From positions 154,250-218,249 of the forward strand of contig NW_005201240.1 of the NCBI RefSeq assembly GCF_000372725.1: a DNA stretch of 64,000 bases, read 5' to 3'. This DNA is from Emiliania huxleyi CCMP1516 (Eukaryota). The notes below the pieces were generated by a model that saw nothing but the letters and a program-made list of their open reading frames with translations, was not told the DNA's origin and did no database searches. Within the stretch, counting starts at the first letter, position 1, and each line of letters begins with the position of its first letter. The position numbers and the translations under genes are program-made. Below are positions 12,488 to 24,586 of the stretch, piece after piece.

Positions 12488-13764
12488 AGTGGGTCTGGTG
12501 CGCCACACGGCCACAACCCTTGCCACCGCCCTTGCCGCCGCCCTTGCCACCCTTTGCCGCCTTGCCTACGCCGCGGGCGGCGGTGAGAGCGGCCTGCTGG
12601 GCTAGCATGTTGTCCTTGCTGGGGACGGGCACGTGGAACGCACGTTATATGTTCGAACGGCCTCCGGGATTCAAACAAAAAATAGTCCAGGCCCTCTCGC
12701 AACCCCTCCGACCCCCTGGGACCCGTGGGCGTCGAAGAGGCGCTCTCGGGGGGCCGTTCTGAGTTCATACTACCTCGAAGTACAATATACTGCGTCAAAG
12801 CACCGGCCCTGAGTCCGGGCGCGGCCCCAAGAAAGGGCCCAAGGGTGGGCGACGGCTAGCGCACCACACCCCTCTCCTTAAAATCCCTGTGTGGTGGCGG
12901 CGTGCCGTCCTCCCATCCCTCCCTTGGTTGTCCGGTTTCTTTCTTTCTTTTTAGAAAGGGCCCACACACGAGTGTGAACAGGAGCCCCGCTCAAATTTTC
13001 TCTTCGCCTGCGGCGCGCCCCGCACTTGTCATTTTGCCCAAGTCTGCGGTGTTCGGGGCGGTGTGGATGGAGGTGTGTGCGTCTTCCTGTGATCCCAAGC
13101 AAGACGATCGGAGGGGTCCCGTACCATGCGGAATCGACCCTATCAAGTGCTCAAGTGCTCAAGACTGCTGACTGGCGCATCGGTCCAGCGCTTCCTTATT
13201 GTCATTTTACCTAAAAGTTCCTACGTCCCGGCTGACCTAAATAAATAAATAAAAACGGACACCTCTCTACTGTGAGATGGGTAAAAAGGAACAGGCCCCC
13301 GCCCTTGCGATCTTTGTGCAGGGACCAGGGTTCTTTGTGGGTGTGGTCGGCGACTAGCCGGGGTCGTCCTCCCGTTGGGGGACTAGCCTACTAGCCGTCT
13401 TCCACATGGTCCCTCGGGTCCCTGCTGCTCCTAATCTCTTCGTACATCCTCCTGCTGATCTCCGCAAAGTCCTGCTCCCTCCCTCGTCTCGCCCTGCGCG
13501 TCTGCTCCGCCTCACCGTCTTCTGCCCTGCGTCGTCTGGCGACACCCTAGGGAGTCTGCCTCTTCCTATCTCTCTTCGCAGTCTCTCTCCGATTCTCGCT
13601 GCAACCTTCATGCCACCTCGCGGTCGTCCCACTCTCGTCGTTCTCTCCCTTGTCATTTCCTCCTCTGTCGCGTCGTTCCCTTCTAGATGGCCACTGTGAT
13701 TTGTGTGAGCTGAAGCTCGAATTCTCTATTCGGTCGGCAAAGCGCGGCTGGGCGAGGCCGAGCG

Positions 13765-14657
13765 ATGCAATCTCGCCCCCTGGCTGCATTGCTGCGGCGA
13801 TCGCACGCGCGCAGTGGCAGCGTGGCTGGGAGGGAGTCGCGCTGGATGTCGACGTCGAGCTTCTACGATTCGCAGTCTGGTCGGCACATCACTCTGGACG
13901 AGTGGGTGCGCCTGTACGACCTCACGGCGCCCGCCACCGAGCTTGCTAGCGTTGACAGCGCGGACGACCTTCCTGCTAGTGGCGGCGTTCTGCTCACGCT
14001 AGCTGCTCGGGGCACCGAGGTAGAGGGCCGGGCGGAGGCAGTGGTGATCGCGCAGGCGGCCAAGGCCAGAGACATGCCGGTTCGGGCGCTGATCAGCAAC
14101 GCCTTTGGCTGCGAGGAGCACGGCTCGACGGACCCAAATGTCCTGCAGCTCGTTGCGGCCGAGCTGGCGGACGTAGGTGTCGACGTCATCACCCTCGGCG
14201 ACCAAGAGGTGCGCGAAGGCACCACAGTCGCCGCCGCCGCTCGACTGCGTAGTCACAGCCCCGCGACGCGAGTCTGTGCGCACCCGCCGCCACCGCTCTC
14301 CTGCCGTTCGCAGGGGTTCGGCAACGAGGATGCGCTCGAGGAGGCGGTGGAGGCGATCTGCTGGAACGACGTCGTCGGCGTGCCTCTCAGCCACCGGCTC
14401 GGCCTCCGTGCCGCACCCACCGAGGAGGGGATCCTCCTGTGCGGCACTGCGGTGGGCGCGCCACCGCCCCGCGCCGCCGCCGCCCCGCCGCGCTGGCAGG
14501 CCCGCCCCGCGCCTCGCCGTAGGCGGGCCCCCAGTTCGCGATCAAGCACATCGACGTGTGCTCGCGTGGCGAGCAGGCGCCGCAGGCGGGCGAGGTGGCG
14601 GCGCTGCTCAAGGAGAACGGGATCGAGCACGGCGTGGACGGCGGCAAACTGCCGTGA
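13765..14657 (+). CDS. HMG-CoA-lyase-like protein (divergent, likely organelle-targeted); introns 14209-14313 and 14452-14522
   Basis: VRALISNAFGCEEHG...LADVGVDVITLGDQEGFG resembles the HMGL s.afGCPyeG and isLgDtiG motifs. Arg/Ser-rich N-terminus. Splicing gives an open frame to TGA at 14655-14657. Confidence 0.6.
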
Positions 14658-16109
14658 GGGTTGGCGCGTGTGGCTTTCGAAAGGGCGGGGTAGCTGAGGG
14701 CGGGGTAGCTGGGAGAAACAGAAAGAGAATAGTGAAAGAGGGGGAGGCGAGGCGTGTCGGGTCTCTCTCTCTATGTGTGTATTCCCCCTAATCTCCCCTA
14801 AAAAGTTAATCGAGGGGAGGGAGGGGACCCTGAGTTGAGGAAATCGGAGGACGCGACCCACGTCGCCACAGACGGTCCCGCGCCTCGCCGCTATGACGGG
14901 GACACACCCCGCACCGTCCGCTGTGTCCCCGTCTTTGTCCGGAGTGAAAAGTCCAACGCGCTCGTCGGTGACGGCTTCCTCCAACCTGCGCCGCGCTCGG
15001 CGAACCTCGACAGCGCTTTCGGTGGCATGCAGCTCTTTGCGACAGAAGCCTGGAGAGCAGCTCCTCCGTGCTGCTCACACACTCTGCACAGCTGACACAG
15101 CCTATTGTGTGCGGCTGCCACAGCTGTGACAGCGATGGGCTCGCCCTCACTGGCCCTCAGTCACTTGTGCTGCGGCTTGTGTGAGCGACACTGCTCGGCG
15201 ACTGCCGGCACGCACTGTGAGACCATGGGGGGGAGGTAAAACCACGCTACCAGCGCTGGGTCACATCGGCCCCGAGGTCAGATCCATCTACTCTGTTGAT
15301 GACAAGACTTGTCTACCGGCTGGAGCCGAGCAGGAGGGCCCAGCGCACAACCCCTGGTCAACTCAGGGTCCACACCCCGTAATAAATAAAACGAGCAGCC
15401 CGCCGTAGCCGGCACCATCGCACCAACGCCCAACGCCCACCCCTCCAGAGAGGACCGCACCTTTCTTTCCGAGTGAACCACGTACACTTCAGGAGTGGCC
15501 GCGGCGCTCGGTCGGGTCGTAAACGGGAATAGAATAAAGGAGGGAAGACATCCCGCCACACACTCCGTCAGAGCCCCCTCCCCTCTTGCACGACAGGAAT
15601 TCTGACAAATTAACCAGCACAACTCAGAACGATGAGCTTGCTCATCCCGGAGTGGTTCGACTCCACACAAATCCGAGGCGGTGACGGGTACTGTCCCGGC
15701 GGTCTCAGGCCCAGTGAGGTAGTGCGCCAGACCTCCCCGGATCCTGCTGAACAAGCTCCTCTTGTAGCTCGATCGGTCACACCGCCATCGCCGTCGGGGA
15801 GAGGGGGGACGACACTGCTTCGGCAGCGTGCACCTCGATCCTGTACCGTGTTTGTTATGACCCCCCCAATGAACACACCAGTGAGGGAGGGCGAGACGAT
15901 CGAGGGGTCCCGTACCCTGCGGAACCGACCCTATCCAGTGCTCAAGTGCTCAAGATACATGTGCGTGTGGGTTAGAGCTCTACTCACTCTCGGGATCGTG
16001 TCCTGAGTAACCCGGGCAGACTTTAGGCTTGAGCTCTACCGTACCTAGGTAGTACCAGGGTAGCGTTAGAGCTCTCTGTCGGGCTCGCGCAGGTTTGAAA
16101 GTCAAGCCG

Positions 16110-18620
16110 ATGGTCCTCTGTGCGGCGGACGTCGACCGGCTGCGGCGCTACGCGACGCGCCGGCCCGCGCAGTCGCGTGAGGCCGCTGAGGCCGAGGTCC
16201 AGGCCGAGACGGAGAGGATCTGGCGCGAGCGCGAGGCCGCCGAGCTGCGTCGAGACCCGACCTTTGCGCAGATCCCGCGCTTCCACCTCAAGCGCTCTCA
16301 CGCCCCGCGCACGAGCGCCCACCGGGGCGGCGGCGGCGGTGGCGCGCGCGCGAGTGCCGCCAGCTCTGCCGACGACCAGCGGCGCGCGCTCGAGGAGGGC
16401 GTCGGCAAGCTCGCTCGCCGGCGGCTGCGCGAGCACATGCTGTCGCTCATGCTTGAGCCGGCGGAGCTGGACGAGTGCTGGCGGCTGCTGCGCGCGCACG
16501 CGTCGCCGCCCGCGTCGCCGCTCGACGAGCGCATCGACTACACCGGCTTCTGCCGCGTTGCGGACGCCATGCCCGCGCGGCTCGGCCGGCACTTTTTCGG
16601 CGCCGAGCACTTTTTGCGCTTCCCGAATGACCCGTGGGGGCGGGTGTCGATCGTACACTACTTTTGCTGGCTGCGCAGCAAGACCGCGATCCTGCGCACG
16701 CGGATCGAGTTCTCGATCTACGACCACTCCACCGATGGCACGCTTGGCGAGCGGGAGCGGGAGCCGCGGCGAGTGCGCAGATTTCTTGTTGCGGCTGATG
16801 CAGCTCCTTGTTGACAGGCGAGCGAGAGCTGGAGCAGTGGGTGTCGGACCTGCTGCCGCAGCTGCCGGCGCTGCGCGAGCTACGCGAGGAGTTCTTCCCC
16901 TTCTACAAGGCGACGAGAGACAGCCGAGAGACAGCCGAGAGACAGCCGAGAGACAGCCGAGAGACAACCGAGAGACAACCGAGAGACAACCGAGAGACAG
17001 CCGAGCTGCGCGAGGAGCTCTCCTCACCTGTGTGCAAGGTGACTGCCGTGCGAAAGTTCTTCTTCTTCCTCGACCCGCGCCGGCGCGGCCGCATGTCGCC
17101 ACCACCCCCAATGCTCTCCTCTGCGAGATCACCCGAGATTGCCCGAGACTAGGCGAGGCCGCATCTCGCTGCAAAAGATGCTGTCCTCGCCGATCATGCA
17201 CGAACTGCTCGAGCTGCGCAGAGGCGAGGCTTGCCGAGATGGGCCGAGATGGGTCGGCCGAGGGGGAGGGTGGCCGAGGGTGGCCGAGGGTGGCCGAGGG
17301 TGCTTCTCACGAGTCTGGTGGCTGTGCAGGCGACTTGGGCCAGGAGGAGCTGCGCCAGAACTGGTTCTCGCTTGAGTGCGAGACGCTGCACTGCAGGGCT
17401 GCATCGGCCAGAGGACGTGTCGAGGTGATGCCGATGCCGTGTGTTTCGTAGGTACGCAGAGATGCTCTACTCGGACTACCTCGAGCTCGACGCGGACCAG
17501 AACGGCATGCTCTCTGTCGGCGAGCTCATGCGCTTCCGCGGCGGCGCGCCGCCAGGAGGAGGGCTGACAGCGCCGTTCGTGCAGCGGGTCTTCCAGGATT
17601 GCCACCACGCACCACACACCGCACTTGCACCTCGGAGTCACTCGGAGTCACCTCGGAGTCACCTCGGAGTCCTCGTGGGTGATCTCGACCTGATCTCGAC
17701 CTGATCTCGACCTGATCTCGACCTGATCTCGACCTGATCTCGACCTGCAGGAGTGCCACACGTACCGCACCAAGAGCGACGACGGCGACACCAGAGCAAG
17801 CTCGACCGCAAGCCGTGGGCGGCGCCTCTTCACAGCGCCGGCCGTGAACAGGCGTCGCGCAGAGCGAGCTCGACTACAAGTCGTACCTCGACTTTGTGCT
17901 CGCGCACTCGTACAAGGGCACGCCCGAGGCGCTCACCTACTTCTTCAAGCTGCTCGACCTGCGCCGTGCAGGCCGGCCGCTCGGGCTGGACGCCGCCTGC
18001 ACTCCTTCCGCGCTGCATGGCGTGAGACTGTGTACTAGGCCGGCTGCTCGGGCTGGACCTCGCCTACTTCTTCCGCGCGGTCCTCGAGAAGTTTGACGAG
18101 CTGGGTGAGGAGCCGAACTGCCTGGTGGCGGACGTGCAGGCGTCGACCCGGACCACGACCATCACCCATGACCCTGACCATGACCCTCACCCCCCCTCAC
18201 CCCCACCCCCACCCCCACCCCCACCCCCACCCTCACCCTCACCTGCCTTTGACCTTCAGGACGAGATCTTCGACATGGTGAAGCCGGCAGACCCGCGCTA
18301 CATCACCCTGCAGGACCTCATCAACTGCAGGCCGCACCCGATGCGTTTCTCCTCCGCTCCGCAAATCTCGCCCTCAGGCGCCCCTCCCCCCTCGCAGGGT
18401 CGGGGATACCATCGTCGGCATGCTCACCGACGCGCACGCCTTTTACCAGCACGACCGGCGCGAGGAGCTCATGCCACACGACGGGGAGGGGACGGGCGAG
18501 GGGATGGCGGGGGAGGGGATGGCGGGGGAGGGCGAGGCGGAGAGCAGCGGCGATACCAGTGCTGGCCAGCCGCAGCGGGAGGCGGGGGGGCCTGCGCCGG
18601 CGGCGGTAGCATTCGGTTGA
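16110..18620 (+). CDS. PPP2R3C: PP2A regulatory subunit B''-gamma (PPP2R3C / TONNEAU2-like), multi-exon
   Basis: IPRF, RIEFSIYD, TAVRKFFFFLDP, NWFS, LDADQNGMLS, RVFQECHTY, DYKSYLDFVLA and DEIFDMVKPADPRYITLQDL occur in the expected order. Confidence 0.93.
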
Positions 18621-19084
18621 TGCGCATTGCGTCGCGTGGCGTGCCAAGTGCATATATTTTGCTTCTCTCGCTCCCCGCACTCTGGAGTCAGAGATCCACG
18701 GCTCACGCCTCAGTCACGGGACTCACTCGGGAGCTCGGCGGCTCTCTCTCAAAAGTGTCTCAAGAGACAAAGTCAAAGACCAATTGCTACATGCACAACC
18801 GCCCAAGTAGAGAGCCTCACACTCAAGACACTAGACAGAAGACACAAAAGTGAGAGCAATGTTTTTGACTTTGACTCTTGGGGGGGCGCGGGGGTGAGTA
18901 TAAAGTATACCGAACGCCTCCATGAGCAGCAGCTCGAGCCGCACGCGGGAGAGCTCGAGCAGCTCGGCGGCGGGCACGGCGAGCAGCACGCTGCGCTTCT
19001 GGTAGCGGCCTTTGAGCGCTTTGATGCGGACGGGGGGCGGGCGGCGGCGTCGCCCGCGGCCGCGGCGGGGCGGGGCGGGCGCAG

Positions 19085-21000
19085 TTGAAAGATTGGGGCA
19101 CACCCGTCGGAGCCATTTTCAGCCGTTGGCAATCGCCCAGGCCATCTTCCATGCCGCTTCTCCGGTGGAGCAGCGTCCAGAGCGCCTACGCGAGGTATGC
19201 AGTGGCGAAGTCAGATGTGGCGAGGGTTGCGCGAGGCCATCGTTGCGAGTCCCACGCCTTGAAGCTCAGCAGAAATCAGACATTCAGGGCCTGCGTACGT
19301 ACGGGGTCGAGAGTGGGCGCGATCAGTGCCTCGGAGCTCTTCGGAGGCGTCTCCCGTGGAATCGGCGGCTCACGCGCGTGTCAGGCCATCGGGCCCGGTC
19401 TCTCAGGCCACGCGGAGCCCACGAGCCCACGGGGTCCGGCCGCAGGGCCGCGCAGCTCTGCAGAGGCGGAGCGCGCTGCTGCCGTGCGCGCCCATGCGAT
19501 TAAAGCCGCGGAGGGCGTGCTCGCCGGGCGGCTCACGCAGCTCAAGAACTGGCGCAACCGGGCGAACGCGCGCGCGCGCTCCGCGGAGGCCAAGCTCGAC
19601 GAGGAGACCAAGAAAATTTCGAAGCTGCGCTCGCGCGCGGTCGACGCAGAGCACGAGGAGGCCGCGCTGCGGGCGCAGGTCGACGACCTGGTCGAGGAGA
19701 ACCGTGGCACAGGGGCGGAGAGGGAGGCGGAGCGCGAGTCACACAAGCGCATGCGCGAGATGCCGACGTGGGACGCGCGGCGCGGCGCCGGCGCGGGACG
19801 CGGCCGGGCGATGTTGCACTGGACGCACCGCGTGACGGTCTATGTGCTGCTCGCGCTGGGCACGCCTCCGCCTGCGGCAAGGCGATCGTCGCTGTAGTAA
19901 AACGTGCGGCGCCCTGGCTCGCGCCGGTCGAGCCGACCGTCAGCAGCATTCGCGAAATGCGCTTCGAGCTGTGCGCCTCGTCGAAGAGGCGATGGCGGCG
20001 CGGCGTGTGGCTGCGGCGCATCGCGTGCGGCAACTCGGCTTCGACGAGACCACGAAATTCCAGGACCCGTCTATGGTGACGAGCGTCCTCGTCGAGCCGA
20101 AGCCGGGCGCGGCGCTGCAGGTGATCATCCTGCGCGCGGCCTACTGCACGGGCGGCGGCACGGCCGAGCTTTGCGCGTCGGGGATCGAGAGCAAGTGCTT
20201 TGCTCGCTTGCGGCAGCACCTGACGGGCTGGCGCGACACGTGCAGGAGGCTGCACCCCGACCACGCCTGGACCGGTCCGGACCCGGAGCTGTGCGGGCTG
20301 CAGCGGCTCGGCGGCGGCGGCGCTTTTATCTCGGACACGTGCTCGGGCGCGCGGAAGACGACCGGGCTCCTCCTCGCCGAGGTTGCGCGGCAGGTCAAGG
20401 CCAAGTATGACCCGGCGGCGTGGGCGGCGCTCTCCGAGGCGGAGCAGGCGACCGCCATCACCGCGCACGCGACCCACTGCTGGCACCATATCCGGAACAT
20501 CGTCCTCAAGGCGCAGTCGACGGCGCAGTCGGCTCACGTGAAGGAGGCGCTAAAGGAGGAGCTCGAAACCTTCGCCGCGTACGAGCGCATGACTACGGAC
20601 TTTGACGCCGTGCTTCGCGCCGACTACTAGTACAAGGAGCTGCACCACGGCGGCCGCTACCACAAGGGGAAGGGGAAGGAGTTCGCCGAGGCCATGGCGA
20701 CGCCCACCCGAAGGCTTTCATGATGCTGTTCGAGCGCGCCGAGGGCGGGCGACAGGACCTCGACTATGACGCTTCCGTGCCCATGTACGTCAACGTGTTG
20801 TTCGTGAACGCCTGGCTGCGCACCCGCGCGTCTTCACTCCAAGTCGCACTCGAACACGCTTGAGGACTTCATCTACGTGACGCACTGTGCCATGGAGTAC
20901 GTGGCGATGATGCGCGCTAACGCTGCCATCGACCTCCTGATCGCGCGGCCGTGGGGCGCTGGCTCGCCGGGAACGGCTCCAAGCTGGTCAAGCTGGCCTC
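19085..21000 (+). mobile_element. Decayed DDE-type DNA transposase-like sequence
   Basis: Intron-less, with a coiled coil followed by LGFDETTK, FISDTC and HCWHH (CxxH). Broken by frameshifts (~19860-19990, ~20700) and TAG at 20628-20630. Superfamily not determined. Confidence 0.55.
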
Positions 21001-21129
21001 TCCATACTCCAAAATGCTCGCGCAACGCTGTCAGTCTGCACGCGCAGCAGCTCTCCGGGGTCATGCTCCATGGCCCAGGGCTATCTGCTACACTGCTGTG
21101 TGCTGTGTGGCTGCTGTGTGCTCACCTTT

Positions 21130-23178
21130 AGAATCACAAAACTTTGACAACGGATCACGGTCACACGCGCCATTCCGCATTCCCGCGAACTCCCCCTCAA
21201 TCGCTCTCCCCTGCATACCCGCCAAGCAAGCGGCTTTGTCGCCACTTTTCGTCTGGTGCCTCTCGCGCCTCTCGTGGAGCTGCACACAGCCCTGCGAGCT
21301 GCACAGCCCGGGCGCACTTCTGCAGCGCTCACGGAAGGGCAAACAGCCCGTACGCCTCCTCCTCGCTGTCGTCCCCCTCGCTCTCCCCAAAGGCCAGTCC
21401 GCCCACGCCGATCGCCCCCAGCCCGCCAACCGCCCCCAGCCCGCCCCCGCCCGCCGCCCCGCCCCCGACGCGCAAGCGCGAGATGAGGGCAGAGAGCGTC
21501 GTCGCAAGGCGCTGCCTGCCCCGGCAGGTGTCCCGGACGGAGCCCAGCGCGCGCAGCTCGTGCTCGCGCCGCCGCGCCTAATCTCGGGCGATCTCGATCT
21601 CGAGCGATCTCGACGTCCTCTCGGCGTGCTCTCGGGGCCTCACGCGCCGCGTGCTGGTCACAAAAGGTTTGCAGGTGCGCAGTCAGCTCGGGCGGAGGCA
21701 TCCTCTCGCCCTGCAGCGGCGAGCGCCTCGCCATGCAGGAGAGCATCGCCCCGCCCGCGAGCCGCCTGCGGTGAGGCGAGGGTGAAAGGTCGGGCAGCCT
21801 CCTCGCCACACACACAAGGCAGGGCAGGGGCCAGGCTGCGACCAGCTGGGCTGCGACTCCCGACTCCACGTCTAAAGAAAGGAGCTGGGCATGAAAAGTG
21901 CAAGGCTCGCTCATCTCGCCTCCATCTTGGCTCATCTCGGCTGCATCTCGCCTCGTCTGCCCGACCGCAGGAAGGAGCTCGGCCGCCAACTCGGGAAAGT
22001 CGAGGGGCGGCTCCGGAGTCGAGAGGCTCTGCAGCACCAGCACGGTGCCTGCGAGAGGGCCTCGAGGGTGATTGCTACACCGATGCATTCGCGAATACGG
22101 CGCGCGGCGCAACCGGCACGCGGCCTTTGGAGAGAGGCCGCGTCAGCACGCTGTATCTCGGCTGTATCTCGGCGATCTCTCGGCGATCTCTCGGCGGCCT
22201 TCGGAGTGAGGCCTCATCAGCACGCCCACCCGCCCGTTGTGTGACCAGGTGCCTGCAGGAGCCGGTCCGAGAAGGCTTCACAGACGCCCGCCCGCCTCCT
22301 CCCCTCCCCCCCCCCCCCCCCGTGTGGCGGGTCCAGGCGCCGTCAATGTCGGTGTAGAGCAGGCGATCCTCCACCACGTCGCTGCTACCGGCCGAGGGAA
22401 GCGGCCTGCACTGTCATCCACCGTCGATGAGTTCATCATCAATGAATGAGGTGAGCGCGCCGAGGGAAGCGGGCCTGCACTGGCACACCCACCCTCGCGA
22501 CTCGGACGCGCGGGAGAACTGGAAGGCGCCGTCCGCATAGTAGGTGTGCTCCTGTGATGCATCATCGACGAGATCACCAGTCACTCATGAGACGCGCCGC
22601 CCGCGTAGTAGGCTGTGCTCCTCTCCCCACGGCGTGAGGAAGGTGCCGTCCATCCACTCTGGCTGCCTCCGGAGCAGCCGCAGCCTCGGGCAGCGCCGCA
22701 TCGCCTCGAGGACGACGACGTAGCCCACGCACTCGCAAAAGGTCAGGTGCAGCTCCTAGACAGGCCGGGACACGTCGGGGACAGATCGTGGTCGCCGCTC
22801 GCAAACGGCGAGGTGCTCCTCGATCGCGGGGCAGCCGGCCACAACGAGTCTGACGCCGTTGTTCGTGACTCGCGCCGCGCCCGTGAGGTCGAGCAGCGAC
22901 AGCTGCGGCAGCCCCGCCACCGCGGAGAGGTGCGCGTCGCCGATCGGCACCCGGCGCAGCCGCAGCTCGCGCAGGCTGCTCAGTTGCCGGAGCGAGGGGC
23001 AGAGGAGGAGCGGCAGCTTACCCAAGGATAGCTCGGTGGCGGAGAGGCAGCGCTCCCGCTGGTCGCCGACTGCGGAACGCAGGGCGGCGCACGAGCAAGC
23101 GCAGTGCGCCCAGTCGGAGTGCGTGCAGTGCGCGAGCAGGAGGGCGAGCAGGTCCGGCGACAGGTCGAGCAGTTCCAT
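21130..23178 (-). CDS. F-box / leucine-rich-repeat protein, multi-exon (3' end uncertain)
   Basis: MELLDLSPDLLALLLAHC...CACSCAALR (F-box-like), then LRELRLRRVPIGDAHL, LSLLDLTGAARVTNNGV and GCPAIE|ELHLTFC (Cys-containing LRR). Confidence 0.7.
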
Positions 23179-23326
23179 GAGTTGGCTGGCGGGGACGAGT
23201 CCGGCTGGCCGGCCGGCTGCGCTGTGCTGGGCCGGCCCAATAAAATTCTGGCAGCAGAAAAAGAAAGTCCGGCGCCGAACTTTCCGAAGAAAGCCTCCCG
23301 GGTCTCTCTCTCTCGCGCGCCCATAT

Positions 23327-23548
23327 ATGCGGCCCACGTCTCGCCGCCTCTGCGACTTCCACGACCCCACGCGCCCTCCGCTGACGGCGGGCGAGCGGCT
23401 GGGAAACTTTGTCCACCGCGTCGCGGCGGGCGGGCTCATCGCGCTCACCCTCGCCGGCCTCGGCTACATTGGGCTCGCGTGCGTCGAGGTCTTTGGCAAG
23501 CACAGGCGGAGAAAGCTCGAGGCGTCGGCGGCGGCGCAGCCGCGATGA
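23327..23548 (+). CDS. Small single-pass membrane protein, COX14-like (73 aa)
   Basis: ERLGNFVHRVAAGGLIALTLAGLGYIGLACVEVFGKHRRRK: HR before a TM helix and a basic tail. Divergent from the F-box gene across ~150 bp. Confidence 0.5.
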   Translation: MRPTSRRLCDFHDPTRPPLTAGERLGNFVHRVAAGGLIALTLAGLGYIGLACVEVFGKHRRRKLEASAAAQPR

Positions 23549-23892
23549 TCGCTCTTCGGAACGGTCGAGAGCAAGATCGCAGATAAACGTGTTCTGGAGT
23601 TGGCCAACATGTCGGTGCTGTGGGGTGTGATGGCGGGGTGCGAGGCGAGCTGGGATTCGCCGTATGCCCCTGGGATCAACGGACGTGCATGAAGGGTCGC
23701 ACTTCGGTTGTGTGCTGTGCGCCTGTGCGCTTTGTGCGGGGTTGGTGCATGTCGGAGTCGCGCAGTCTGCGGACAGCACGCGGGCTGGGACGGCCTCTAC
23801 GGCTCTAAGTGCGTTGTGGGTGGATGCGCAGACAATTTGCCTCCGAGCGAGTGTCGAAAGAGTGAGGTTTTGAAACGGGAGGACACAGAACT

Positions 23893-24435
23893 CTATGACG
23901 GCCCCGTCGCACCAAAGAGGGGTGGCGGCACGATGTAGGTTCGCGTCTGCTGCGCGGCCCCCGCCGCTCCGGCGGCACCCGCGCCGCCTCCTGTGCGCGG
24001 CAGCTTTGCCCTCGTGACGCGTCCCTCGTAGTGCGTGACTCCCTCGAACGCCTCGAGCAGCACGCAATTGAGGGCCGACGCGGGCCACTTCCACAAAAAT
24101 GTCCACCCGGCGCACGCCTCGTCTGCGTTGCAGAGGCCGCAGCACGCCTGAGGAGAGCCAGCCATTGATTGGTCTCGTGCTCTCGCGAGCGGCGCCAGCG
24201 CTGCAGAGGCCGCAGCGCGCGCCTCTGCGTCCGCCGCGCGGAGGCGCCCGAGGACGGAAGGCGAGAGGGGCGTGGTGTGGAGCGAGTCCTTGTCTCCCTC
24301 GCCGCAGCCGTGCGAGTCGAGCTCGAACCGCTCCTAAGGTCCGGTCAGGGCAGGGCAGGTAGACGTCTCCACACACGCAAGGCCCAGTGCGCGCGGGTGA
24401 GGTGTGTGTGTGTGCGCGTGCGTGCGTGCGTGCGC

Positions 24436-24470
<35 letters not shown>

Positions 24471-24510
24471 TGTGTGTGTGTGTGTATGTGTGTGTGTGTG
24501 TGTGTGTTTG

Positions 24511-24586
<76 letters not shown>

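Noticed and set aside
3427..13270. One ~10-kb transposon defined by inverted AGAGGTGTCCGTTTT ends
   Set aside because: It would enclose ordinary housekeeping genes, with no transposase or TSD. More likely two independent insertions.
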